Positions 50,457 through 60,951 of a stretch of DNA of 64,000 nucleotides are shown here, piece after piece; the stretch's first letter is position 1, and each line of letters opens with the position of its first letter. The position numbers were made by a program, and so were the translations under genes. Source of the DNA: Nitrospirota bacterium (GTDB lineage: Bacteria; Nitrospirota; UBA9217); NCBI GenBank assembly GCA_963749655.1, contig CAVVOB010000012.1, positions 160,001-224,000 of the forward strand, given 5' to 3'. Under the pieces are notes generated by a model. It was given only the letters and a program-made list of their open reading frames with translations, was not told the origin of the DNA and searched no databases.

Positions 50457-53416
50457 GTGTTTTCTCCCTGGGTCCTGCTTGCTGTAATACTTTCCTATCT
50501 CCTGCTCCTCTTTTCGGTCGCCTATTTCGCCGAACGCAAGGAGGCGCAGGGCAGGAGCCTCGTCTCCAATCCCTACATCTATTCGCTCTCCCTTGCCGTA
50601 TACTGCACCTCCTGGACGTTCTACGGCAGCGTGGGCAAGGCCGCCAATTCGGGCCTGAGCTTTCTCACGATCTATATCGGACCGACGCTCATGGCGGCGC
50701 TCTGGTGGGTCGTCCTGCGCAAGATCGTCCTATCGCGAAGGAGAACCGGATCACCACGATCTCGGACTTCATCTCGTCGCGCTACGGAAAGTCCCTCGGC
50801 CTGTCGGTCCTGGTCACGATCGTGGCGGTCGTCGGCATCACGCCCTATCTCGGGCTCCAGCTCAAGGCCATCATGACCGCCTTTGCCCTGCTCTCGGGGA
50901 GGTCCCAGGGCAGCCACCTGGCAGGCTGGTTCACGGGCTGGTTCATCTCGCTGCTGCTCGGGCATCTTCGCCGTCATCTTCGGAGCGCGAAGGCTCGATG
51001 CGTCGGAGCGCCACGGCGGCCTGGTCTTTGCCGTGGCCTTCGAGTCGGCGATCAAGCTGGTCGCGTTTCTGCTCGTCGGGGTCTTCGTGACCTACGGGCT
51101 CTTCAACGGGTTCGGCGACATCTTCGGAGGATCGCCGCGGGGCCCTACGCCCCGCTCATGAAGATCGGCGACGGGTCTCCGGTCAGCTTTCTGGAATGGA
51201 CCTCGCTCACCTTTCTGTCCATGATGGCCATCCTGTTCCTGCCCCGCCAGTTCCATGTGGCGGTCGTGGAAAACTATTCGGTGGACCACATCAAGAAGGC
51301 CATGTGGCTGTTTCCGCTGTATCTGTTCCTGATCAACATCTTCGTGCTTCCCATCGCCTACGGCGGGCTGCTGCTGGGCGACATCCCGTCCACGGCCGAC
51401 TATTTCGTGCTGACCATCCCCATGCACCACGGCCACCCGCTCCTGGCGCTCATCGTGTTCATCGGCGGGTTCTCGGCGGCAACGGCCATGATCATCGTGG
51501 AATCGGTCGCGCTTAGCACCATGGTGATGAACAGCTTCGTCATGCCGACGTTCTGGGACCTTCCGCCGTTCAAGAATTTTCATGCCGTGATGCTGAACAT
51601 CAAGCGGATGGTCATCCTGGGGTGCGTGTTCCTGGGCTATATTTTCGCCGTGTACATCGGCGATTATTACAGCCTCGTGGACATCGGGCTCAAGTCCTTC
51701 GAAGCGGTCACGATCTTCGCGCCGTCCATCCTGCTCGGCCTCTACTGGAAGGGCGGCAACAAGAAGGGGGCCATCGCCGGCATCGTCGCCGGGTTCAGCG
51801 TCTGGATCTATACGCTGCTGATCCCGGCGCTCATGCGCGCCGGCATCATCCAGCAGGGCGATCTCCTGGAGGCGATCGTCAGGTCAACGCTGCTGAATCC
51901 CACGGCGCTCTTCGGACTCGAAGGCCTCGACCGCTGGAGCCATTCCCTGTTCTGGGGGCTGTTGCTGAACCTGCTCTTCTATGTGGGCGTGTCGCTCTTC
52001 ACGAGGCAGTCCGATGCCGAGACGCACCAGGCCATCATTTTCGTCGATTCCTTTTCACCGCTCCAGTTCTCCGCAGACCCAGCGGCCGCTGGACATCGGC
52101 GAGATCGAGACATGCTCGGCCAGTATATCGGGCCCGGCGAAGCGCGCGAGCGTGGACGAGTTTTCTCAGATACAACGGACTGGAGCGCACAGAGCCTGTC
52201 CGGCGAGTGGCTGCTGAAGCTCCGGCAGGAGGCGGAGCGGATCCTTTCGGGCGCGCTGGGGCCGTCGATCAGCACGCTGGTGTTCCAGGACAAGACGGTC
52301 CTGACGCATGAAGAGGCGCTGCGGGTCTCGAAATCGATCCGGCAGATCTCGCGGAGCCTGCAGATTGTCGCGGCAGGAGCTTGCCGAGGCGAACCGGCAG
52401 CTCGCCATGCTCAAGGAGTTCAGCGAGAACATCATCGAAAGCCTTCCCCTCGGCGTGGCGACGCTCGATGAATCGCTGCGCGTCAAGTACTGGAACAGCG
52501 GCATGGAGCTGATCACGGGCGTGGAAAAGTCGGATGCCATGAACCGGGACGCCGCCAGCTGCTCACCTGCCTCGAGCCGCGCCTCTTCAGCCCCACGGTG
52601 CATGAGGGCGAGATCACCTGCCGAAGGAACTTCGATCCCCAGATCATCCTGAAGGGGAACCTGAGCAAGCTCACCGGCGCCCACAAAGGGTATGTGCTCG
52701 TGCTCGAGGACATCACCGAGAAGAAGAAGATCGAGGAGGAGCTGTTCCGGGCGACCAAGCACGCCAGCGTGGGCCGGCTCGCCGCGGGCGTGGCCCACGA
52801 GATCGGCAACCCCCTTGCCTCCATCTCGTCGCTGGTGCAGGAGCTCCAGACCGAGGAGCTGACGTCCTTTGTCCGGGAGTCGCTCACCACGATCAACGAG
52901 CATGTGCACCGCATCGCGCGGATCGTGCGGAACCTCGGCGATTTCGCCCGGCTCTATCCGCGCCAGAAAATGCCGACGAGCCTCCGGGACATCCTGGAGA
53001 ACACGCTGAACCTGGTGCGGTACGACAGGAAGTTCAAAAAGATCGAGATCCGCACGGACGTGCAGGATACGCCGCCGCTCAAGATCGATCCCGGACCAGA
53101 TCCAGCAGGTGTTCCTGAACCTGATCCTGAACGCCCGCGACGCCATGCCCGACGGCGGAAGCCTCGACATCGTCCATCGGGCAGACCGACGGCCAGGTGC
53201 CGGATGGTCTTCGCCGACACCGGGACCGGCATCGAGACGGAGGTGAAGGACAAGGTCTTCGACCCCTTCTTCAGCACCAAGGGGCCGACCAAGGGCACGG
53301 GCCTGGGCCTCTCGATCTGCTACAGCATCATCAAGGACCACGGCGGCACGATCGAGATCGATTCGGAAAAGGACAAGGGGACGAAGTTCATTATCACGAT
53401 TCCGGTGGAAGCGTAG
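50457..53416 (+). CDS. Na+/solute symporter-fused PAS histidine kinase (CbrA/CrbS-like); several frameshifts
   Basis: [56 protein letters not shown]. Confidence 0.85.
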
Positions 53417-53420
53417 ACGC

Positions 53421-53880
53421 TATCCGCAGATTACGCAGATTTCCAGATAGCTGACAAATATGCAGGAGCTGGCAAAAGAAATGGTCGAGGCGACAAAAAA
53501 TGATCCGAGGACTTATGCGGTCATTGGGGCCGCCATGGAAGTCCATCAACAACTAGGATGCGGGTTCCTGGAAGGTGTATATCAAGAGGCGTTTGCACTG
53601 GAGTTGGCGGCAAAAGGCATCCCTTTTCAATCCGAAATGGAATTGCCGATTTCTTATAAGAGTAAGAGGCTTCGTACATCCTATCGTGTCGACTTTATCT
53701 GCTATGATTCTGTCATCGTCGAGCTTAAGGCTTTAGCAAAACTGTCCAAAACGGAAGAGGCTCAAATAATTAATTACTTGAAAGCGACTGGCTTTCCAAT
53801 AGGCCTTCTCATAAATTTTGGTTCCACATCGCTTGAATACCGTCGTTTTGCGTTTTCTCACTCTGCGGAATCTGCGGATA
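53421..53880. mobile_element. Putative GxxExxY mini-element bounded by 19-bp inverted repeats
   Basis: TATCCGCAGATTACGCAGA (53421) and TCTGCGGAATCTGCGGATA (53862), 18/19 match; AT-richer than the flanks. Confidence 0.55.
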
Positions 53881-53894
53881 AATATATACAATAG
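53460..53894 (+). CDS. GxxExxY protein (PD-(D/E)xK-like)
   Basis: VHQQLGCGFLEGVYQEA, RVDF, IVELKA, QIINYLK, GLLINFG. Confidence 0.93.
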   Translation: MQELAKEMVEATKNDPRTYAVIGAAMEVHQQLGCGFLEGVYQEAFALELAAKGIPFQSEMELPISYKSKRLRTSYRVDFICYDSVIVELKALAKLSKTEEAQIINYLKATGFPIGLLINFGSTSLEYRRFAFSHSAESADKYIQ

Positions 53895-53902
53895 AGGTTT
53901 CA

Positions 53903-55264
53903 ATGTCCAAAAGCATCTTGATCGTGGAAGACGAAGAGACGCTGCGGGAGTCCATCAAGCGGATCTTCACCAAGGAAGGCTACGCCGTGGAAGGGGCGGA
54001 GTCGGCGGAGAAGGGCTGGAGCTGCTGGGCACGAACAGTCTACGACGTGATCATCTCGGACATCATCCTGCCGGGCATGGACGGCATCGAGATGCTCACC
54101 AAGGTGCGGGAGCAGATCCCGGACCAGATCGTCATCGTCGTCACCGCCTATGCGTCGCTCGATACGTCGGTCAAGGCGCTCCGGGCCGGCGCCTACGACT
54201 ACATCATGAAGCCGATCATCCACGAGGAGATCAAGCAGATCGTCCGGAACGCGCTCCGCCAGAAGAGCCTCCAGACCGAGAACGTGCTGCTCAAGCGGGA
54301 GATCGGGAAGGACTACGATTTCAGCAGCATCATCGGCGAGAGCGCCGGCGCTCAAGACCATCTCGACGAGGTCAAGAAGGTCACGGACACCAAGAGCAGC
54401 GTGCTGCTCCTCGGCGAGACCGGCACGGGCAAGGAGCTCTTTGCGCGGGTCATCCACCACAACAGCTCCCGGCGCGACATGCCCTTTGTCCCGATCAACT
54501 GCTCCGCGATCCCCGAGAACCTGCTCGAGACCGAGCTCTTCGGCCACGTGCGCGGCGCCTTTACCGGCGCCGTGGCGACCAAGAAGGGCATCCTCGAGGA
54601 CGCCGAGGGCGGCACCGTGTTCCTCGACGAGATCGGCGACATGAGCCTGGCGCTCCAGGCCAAGCTGCTCCGCGTGATCGAGGACCAGGTGATCCGGCCC
54701 GTGGGCAGCACCAAGGGCACCAAGGTGGACATCCGGTTCATCACGGCGACGAACAAGGACCTGAAGTCCGCGGTCAAGACGGAGCGCGTTCCGCGAGGAC
54801 CTCTACTACCGCATCAATGTCATCTCGCTCCAGATCCCGCCGCTCCGGGAACGGAAGGAAGACATCCGCGTCGCTGGTGCAGCACTACCTGGCAGATATG
54901 CCCAGGAGATGGGCAGGCAGGTCAAGGAGCTCTCCCCCGAAGCCATGGATCTCATGATGAACTACGAGTGGGCCGGGAACGTGCGCGAGCTCCAGAACGT
55001 CATCGAGCGGGCCATCCTCATTTCCGACGGCGACGTCATCAGGCCGGAGCATCTGCCCGGCGGCGTGACGGCCGGGATCGACGTTCGAGCTCGAGTCCTT
55101 CGACCAGAAGCTTTCGATCGAGGACTACACCAAGGCCTTCATCCTGCGCTACCAGGCCGAGTTCAACGAACAGCAGCTCGCCGATCATGCTCGGGATCAC
55201 CCGGAAATCGCTCTGGGAGAAGCGGAAGAAATGGGGGATCCCGAAAGAGCGGCAGGTCACATAG
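53903..55264 (+). CDS. sigma54-dependent (NtrC-family) response regulator; several frameshifts
   Basis: REC domain; GETGTGKE, GAFTGA, FLDEIG, WAGNVREL; HTH LGITRKSLWEK. Confidence 0.9.
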   Translation: MSKSILIVEDEETLRESIKRIFTKEGYAVEGAESAEKGWSCWARTVYDVIISDIILPGMDGIEMLTKVREQIPDQIVIVVTAYASLDTSVKALRAGAYDYIMKPIIHEEIKQIVRNALRQKSLQTENVLLKREIGKDYDFSSIIGESAGAQDHLDEVKKVTDTKSSVLLLGETGTGKELFARVIHHNSSRRDMPFVPINCSAIPENLLETELFGHVRGAFTGAVATKKGILEDAEGGTVFLDEIGDMSLALQAKLLRVIEDQVIRPVGSTKGTKVDIRFITATNKDLKSAVKTERVPRGPLLPHQCHLAPDPAAPGTEGRHPRRWCSTTWQICPGDGQAGQGALPRSHGSHDELRVGRERARAPERHRAGHPHFRRRRHQAGASARRRDGRDRRSSSSPSTRSFRSRTTPRPSSCATRPSSTNSSSPIMLGITRKSLWEKRKKWGIPKERQVT

Positions 55265-55342
55265 CTTCAGCCATCCGCTCTGTCCCTGATACAGAAAACC
55301 ACAGAACTTGTGTTTCTCTTTGCGCGACATATCCTTTCCCTT

Positions 55343-55619
55343 AAACCTGGAAGGGCAGTTGGAACCACAGATAAACACGGATGAACGCAGATGAAAAAAG
55401 GTATACGAGTGCTTCAAGGATTTGCATTAACGCTCTGACTTATCTGTGTCTATCAGTGTTCATCCATGGTTAATTGTTCTTCAGTCCATCAAAAACCTGG
55501 AAGGGCAGATGGAACCACAGATAAACACGGATGAACGCAGATGAAAAAATGCATACGAGTATTAACGCGCTTATTTATCCGTGTCTATCAGTGTTCATCC
55601 GTGGTTAATTGTTCTTCAG
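55343..55619. repeat. Tandem duplication (~150-bp period) of a 10-bp-unit inverted repeat element with flanks
   Basis: AAACCTGGAAGGGCAG.TGGAACCACAGATAAACACGGATGAACGCAGATG...GGTTAATTGTTCTTCAG occurs twice. Confidence 0.85.
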
Positions 55620-55662
55620 ACGAATTCAGTTCATACCCTTCTCCCCACGCTATAATATCCCT

Positions 55663-58600
55663 ATGAAGCTCTCCGATCTGCTCGATATCCGGGTCATAGC
55701 CGTCAATCTCCGGGCACGAGACAAGAAGGCCGCGCTCGAGGAGATGGCCGGCATCCTCAAGAAGGCCGGGACGGATAGACGATTCGCGGGAAGCTGCAAG
55801 GCCCTGCTGGACAGGGAGGCCGCGGGCAGCACGGCTCTCGGCCGGGGAATCGCGTTCCCCCATGCACGGCTCGACCGCCTCAGGGAACCGGTCGCCCTGC
55901 TCGCCCTGTCGCAGAGAGGGCATTGATTTCGGCGCAGGCGACGGGCATCCCGTTCACCTGTTCTTTCTGTTCCTTTCTCCGAGCGAGGCGACGGAGATCC
56001 ATCTCCGGATCCTTTCCCGCGCAGCGGCAATCTTTTCCGACGCCAACCTCTATCACACCATACGGAGGGCCAGGACAAGCCAGACGGTCCTGAGTCTTCT
56101 GCTCCACCACGAAAAGGGCCCGAAGGAAGCCTTTTTCCCCCTCGCCATCGAGGACATCTACCAGGAGCTGGGAACGGACAGCCGCGGGCTTGCGGAAAGC
56201 GAGGCTGCGAAACGGCTCGGCCGCTACGGTCCGAACCTCCTGAAAGAGGTGAGGGGGAAGCCCCTCGTTCTCCGGTTCGTCGAAAATCTTACGAGCTTCT
56301 TCGCGCTCCTGCTCTGGGTAGGCGGCATTCTTTCCTTTGTCGCGGACATGGCCGAGCTCGGCTGGGCGATCTTCAGCGTCATCATCATCAACGCGGTCTT
56401 CAGTTTCTGGCAGGAGTACAAGGCCGAGCGGGCGCTCGAGGCGCTTAAGAAACTGCTCCCCCAAAACGCCCGGGTGCTGCGCGACGGGGCAAAGAAGGAA
56501 GTGCCGGCTACCGATCTCGTGCCGGGCGATATCATCCTTCTGGAGGAGGGCGACGCGGTCTCCGCAGACGCGCGTCTCATCGAAGCCTTCGACATGCGGG
56601 TCGACAACTCCACTCTGACCGGAGAGTCGAAGCCCATCCACAAGACCGCCGAGGCCGTTGCCGACGGCAGTGAGTTTCTCTGGACCGAGCTCCCGAACCT
56701 GGTCTTTGCCGGGACTTCGGTCTCGTCGGGAAACGGAAAGGCGGCGGTCATCGCAACGGGAATGCATACCGAGATCGGCAGGATCGCTTCGCTGACCCAG
56801 GAGCTTGCAGATCGAGAAAAGCCCGCTTCAGCTCGAGATCGAAAAGGTCACGAAGATCGTGACCCTGCTCGCCGTGTCCATGGGCGTCCTCTTTTTCGTC
56901 GTCGGCACCTCCCTCGGCAAGCTGAGCCTTGCCGCTGCCTTCCTTTTTGCCATCGGGATCATCGTGGCCAACGTTCCGGAAGGCCTCCTCCCGACGGTCA
57001 GCCTGTCGCTCGCCATGGCGGTCCAGCGAATGGTCAAACGGCATGTGCTCGTAAAGAGGCTTTCGTCCGTCGAGACCCTGGGATGCACGAGCGTCATCTG
57101 CACGGACAAGACCGGCACCCTCACGACCAACAAGATGACGGCGACGAAGGTCTGGGTAAACGGAAAAACGGTGGACATCAGCGGAGCGCACTACGAGCCT
57201 TCGGGAAGCTTCTACGAACAGGGAGTTTCCCTTTCCCACGAGGAGATGAAGAGCAACGGGCTCTACCAGCTCTTTGACGCGGCGCTTCTGTGCAACAACT
57301 CATCGTTGATCGCGCCGAAGAGGCCGGGAGAGGAGTGGACGATCCTGGGCGATCCCACCGAAGCCGCCCTCCTCGTCATGGCTGCCAAGGGCGGAATAGA
57401 CGTGAGCGCCCGGGCGGCAGCACTTCCCCGGATCGGCCATCTTCCCTTCGAGTCCCTGCGAAAGCGCATGACCAGCGTCAACCTTGTGGAGGGAAAACCC
57501 GTAGCCCATGTCAAAGGAGCGCCCGCGGAAATGCTCGAGCTCTGCACGCGCGTACTTCTGAACAACTGCAGCGAGCCGCTGACCGAGGAGCTGCGGCGTC
57601 AGATCGGCTCGCAGAATGATGCCCTGGCAAAGGACGGTCTGCGCGTGATCGGTGTAGCGGCAAGGCCCCTTGAATCGACCGGGAAGTTCACGGTGGAGAA
57701 TACGGAGCGCGACCTGGTGTTCCTCGGTCTCGTCGGGATGATGGACCCGCCGCGGCCCGAGGTGCCCGGCGCCATGGAACTTTGCCGCAGGGCCGGCATC
57801 CGGACCATCATGATCACCGGCGACTACGGTCTCACCGCCCTCGCCATAGCGCGAAAGATCGGGCTCGCGCGAACGGAAACGCCGCGCGTCGTGACCGGGC
57901 TCGAACTCGACGGAAGCGACGACAACGGTCTTACGCAGCTTCTGAAGGGCGAAGTGATCTTCGCCCGCGTCACGCCGGAGCACAAGATGAGGATCGTTTC
58001 GAGCCTGCAGCAGTCGGGGGAAGTCGTGGCGGTGACGGGCGACGGGGTGAACGACGCGCCTGCCCTGAAGAAGGCGGACATCGGCGTCGCCATGGGCATG
58101 CGGGGCTCGGATGTGGCCAAGGAGGCCGCGGCCATGATCCTGACGGACGACAACTTCGCCTCCATCGTGTCCGCCATCGAGGAAGGCCGGGCGGTCTATA
58201 CCAATATCAAGAAGTTCATTGCCTACATATTCGCGAGCAATATTCCCGAGGTCGTTCCGTTCATCGCCTTCGCGCTCTTCAGAATACCGCTTCCGCTTAC
58301 GGTCATGCAGATCCTGGCGGTGGACCTCGGCACCGACCTCGTGCCCGCGCTGGGCTTGGGAACGGAACCTCCCGAGCCCGGAACCATGGACCAGCCGCCG
58401 CGGCCGAGAAACAAGCGGCTTCTCGATCTCCCGCTTCTCCTTCGCGCGTACTGTTTTCTCGGACCGATCGAGGCAGCGGCCAGTATGGCCGGGTTCTTCC
58501 TTATCTACTGGCAGAGCGGATGGCGGCCGGGAATGTCCATGGCGGATTCGGGAGCATTGTACGTAGCGGCCACCACGATGTCGCTGGCCGGCATTGTGGC

Positions 58601-58862
58601 CTCCCAAATGGGAAACGTGTTTGCCTGCAGGACCGAACGGGAATCGATCTTCCGCGTAGGATTTTTCTCGAACAAACTAGTTCTTTGGGGTCTTGCGACA
58701 GAAGTCGCCATTTTGACAGCGCTCGTGTATACGCCTGTCATGCAGGAGATCTTCGGTCTCGCGCCGCTCGTCTTCCGGGACTGGGCCCTGCTGCTCGTCT
58801 TTCCCCCGGTTCTCCTCCTGCTGGAGGAAGCGCGAAAATGGATTGTAAGAAGGGCACGATGA
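55663..58862 (+). CDS. PTS EIIA(Ntr/Fru)-like domain fused to a type II cation P-type ATPase (frameshifts near 55915 and 56810)
   Basis: DREAAGSTALGRGIAFPHAR; LTGES, NVPEGLLPTV, DKTGT, MITGD, GDGVND. Confidence 0.88.
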
Positions 58863-58994
58863 ACGATCCGCCGTACCTGCGCGATTTCCCGGTTTTTTCC
58901 CTGTTGTGAAACCGACCCGCCGTGGTTCAGCTTTGTTGATTTGCCGCTGCGTGGTATACTATTTTATAATTCACCGAACGGAAGACATCTGACA

Positions 58995-59972
58995 ATGAAA
59001 CAGATTACCATCCATGAAGCGATCCTGGACAGCATGAGCGACTCGGTCTACGTCGTGGACCGGCGCATGCGGATCCAGTACGCGAATCCCGCTGCTGAAA
59101 AATTGACCGGGTACTCCTGCGATGCCTCCATAGGGAAGTATTGCCATGCTATCTTTTGTGAGCAGTCGGACCGGTGCGAGAAAGGGTGTCCGCCGAAACA
59201 AGCCATGCTGGAGGAGGCGCCGATCCTCCACCGCGACGCGGAAACGAGGGCGCTGGACGGCACAGTGCGCCGGACGCAGATATCGATCTCACCGTTCTTC
59301 GACGACGGCCGGTGCATCGGGGCGGTCATCGTGATCAAGGATATTACGGATCTCAAGCAGGCGGAGGAAAGGATCAAGCACCAGAACACGTTCCTGACCG
59401 CGGTTATCGATGCTCTGCCTCATCCGTTCTCCGTTATCGACGCCCGGGACTACCAGTTGAGGCTTGCGAATTACGCGGCATACCGCGGCGACATGCCGGA
59501 GCGCATCACCTGTTATCAGCTCTCACACAGCCGTCAGTCGCCGTGCAGCGGCGAGGGCCATCCCTGCCCCATCGAGACGGTGAAGGAAACGGGCCGGCCG
59601 GTGACGGTGGAGCACAGGCACTGCGACGCGGCGGGAACGTGCAGGGACGTGGAGGTCCACGGATATCCGATCTTCGACGACAAGGGCACGGTCGTCCAGA
59701 TGATCGAATACTGCGTCGATATCTCCGAGCGGAAGCAGGCGGCAAAGGAGCGGGAAGCGCTCATTACCGACCTGCAGAAGGCGTTGAACGAAGTCAAGGC
59801 TCTGAGCGGCCTGCTCCCCATCTGCTCATCGTGCAAGAAGATCAGGGACGACAGGGGATACTGGAGCAACGTGGAGACTTACATCAGCGAGCATTCCGGC
59901 GCTGAGTTCAGCCACGGCATCTGCCCCGACTGCATGGAACGGCTGTATCCGGAATTCGTCAAGAAACGCTGA
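58995..59972 (+). CDS. Tandem PAS protein with C-terminal Cys-rich (CxxC...HGxCxxC) domain
   Basis: Two PAS domains; LLPICSSCKKIRDD.GYW..FSHGICPDC. Confidence 0.85.
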   Translation: MKQITIHEAILDSMSDSVYVVDRRMRIQYANPAAEKLTGYSCDASIGKYCHAIFCEQSDRCEKGCPPKQAMLEEAPILHRDAETRALDGTVRRTQISISPFFDDGRCIGAVIVIKDITDLKQAEERIKHQNTFLTAVIDALPHPFSVIDARDYQLRLANYAAYRGDMPERITCYQLSHSRQSPCSGEGHPCPIETVKETGRPVTVEHRHCDAAGTCRDVEVHGYPIFDDKGTVVQMIEYCVDISERKQAAKEREALITDLQKALNEVKALSGLLPICSSCKKIRDDRGYWSNVETYISEHSGAEFSHGICPDCMERLYPEFVKKR

Positions 59973-60069
59973 AGCCGGCAACGGTCGTTTCTCCTATTCT
60001 TTTTTCCCATTTTCCCCTTTTTCTGCGTTCATCTGCGTCATCTTCGGACAATATGATGAACGGTTTTCC

Positions 60070-60687
60070 TCAGAGCATGACCATCAGGCTCATCATCGCC
60101 ACGGACCAGATGATGTCGGTGGGCAGCTGAAGATCGCAGGTCGAATCGAAGAGCAGGTCCGCCTTGGCCGGGAATTCCTCGTCTTCCAGCCAGAGCGTCA
60201 CGATAACCGGTATGCGCGGAAGAGGGGCGAGTTGGATCGAGACGTCTCCCAGCCGCACCCGGGGCAGCTCCGCGCCGAGCCGCTTTCCCCTGGCGAGAAA
60301 AGCCTCCCGGTCCTTCCCGTAGGCAGCCGCTATCCTGTCGAGGGGAAGAATGTGAGAGCCCTTCGTGAAGATCTCCCCTCCGCGGATATATTCGAGCTTC
60401 ACCAGCCGGTCGGTGCAGGCGATGTCCCGTGCGCTTACGAGGTACCACAGGACGGACAGCCGAAAGAAATAGCCGAGCTTTTTGAGCAGCAACTCGCTTC
60501 CCTCCGCCGTGCTCGTGATCGTCTTGTCCCTGACCGAAACAGTGAAATCCATGCCAAAGGACGTGAGGGTGTATGATGTTGTTTCTGGATCGTAGGTCAC
60601 GGCTGCGGCCCTGCAGACGAACGCGGGGTCGAGCGATGCCAGTATCTCCCACGCCTTGTTCTCTCCGGGAATGTTCTGTTCAGCCAT
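60070..60687 (-). CDS. DUF3786-like protein
   Basis: VLWYL, GGEIF, LPRIPV..W..DEEFPA..LFD. Confidence 0.8.
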   Translation of the reverse strand: MAEQNIPGENKAWEILASLDPAFVCRAAAVTYDPETTSYTLTSFGMDFTVSVRDKTITSTAEGSELLLKKLGYFFRLSVLWYLVSARDIACTDRLVKLEYIRGGEIFTKGSHILPLDRIAAAYGKDREAFLARGKRLGAELPRVRLGDVSIQLAPLPRIPVIVTLWLEDEEFPAKADLLFDSTCDLQLPTDIIWSVAMMSLMVML

Positions 60688-60951
60688 GGCGTCCTTTCAA
60701 TACGACATACGGCATGCCGTTTCTTTAATAGTATCAGATTGAGATCCTTTCCTGCAACAGACGACAGCGAATCAGAAGAGGTATAATGTATTAGCGGTAG
60801 GGGCAAACGACCGTTCGCTCTGAGATTTCCTTTAATAGATGACCCATGTGTTCAGACCCTGCCCCCCGGGGACCTTAGCAGGGCAGGGTGATTTTTCCCT
60901 TTATCTTTCCGGGCAACTTTACTATACTTTTGCGCATCAAAGGAGGTAACG

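Noticed and set aside
60797-60822. GGGCAAAC as a c-di-GMP riboswitch start
   Set aside because: It fits a GTAG-type REP palindrome (GTAGGGGCAAAC..GTTCGCTC), and the other riboswitch elements are absent.
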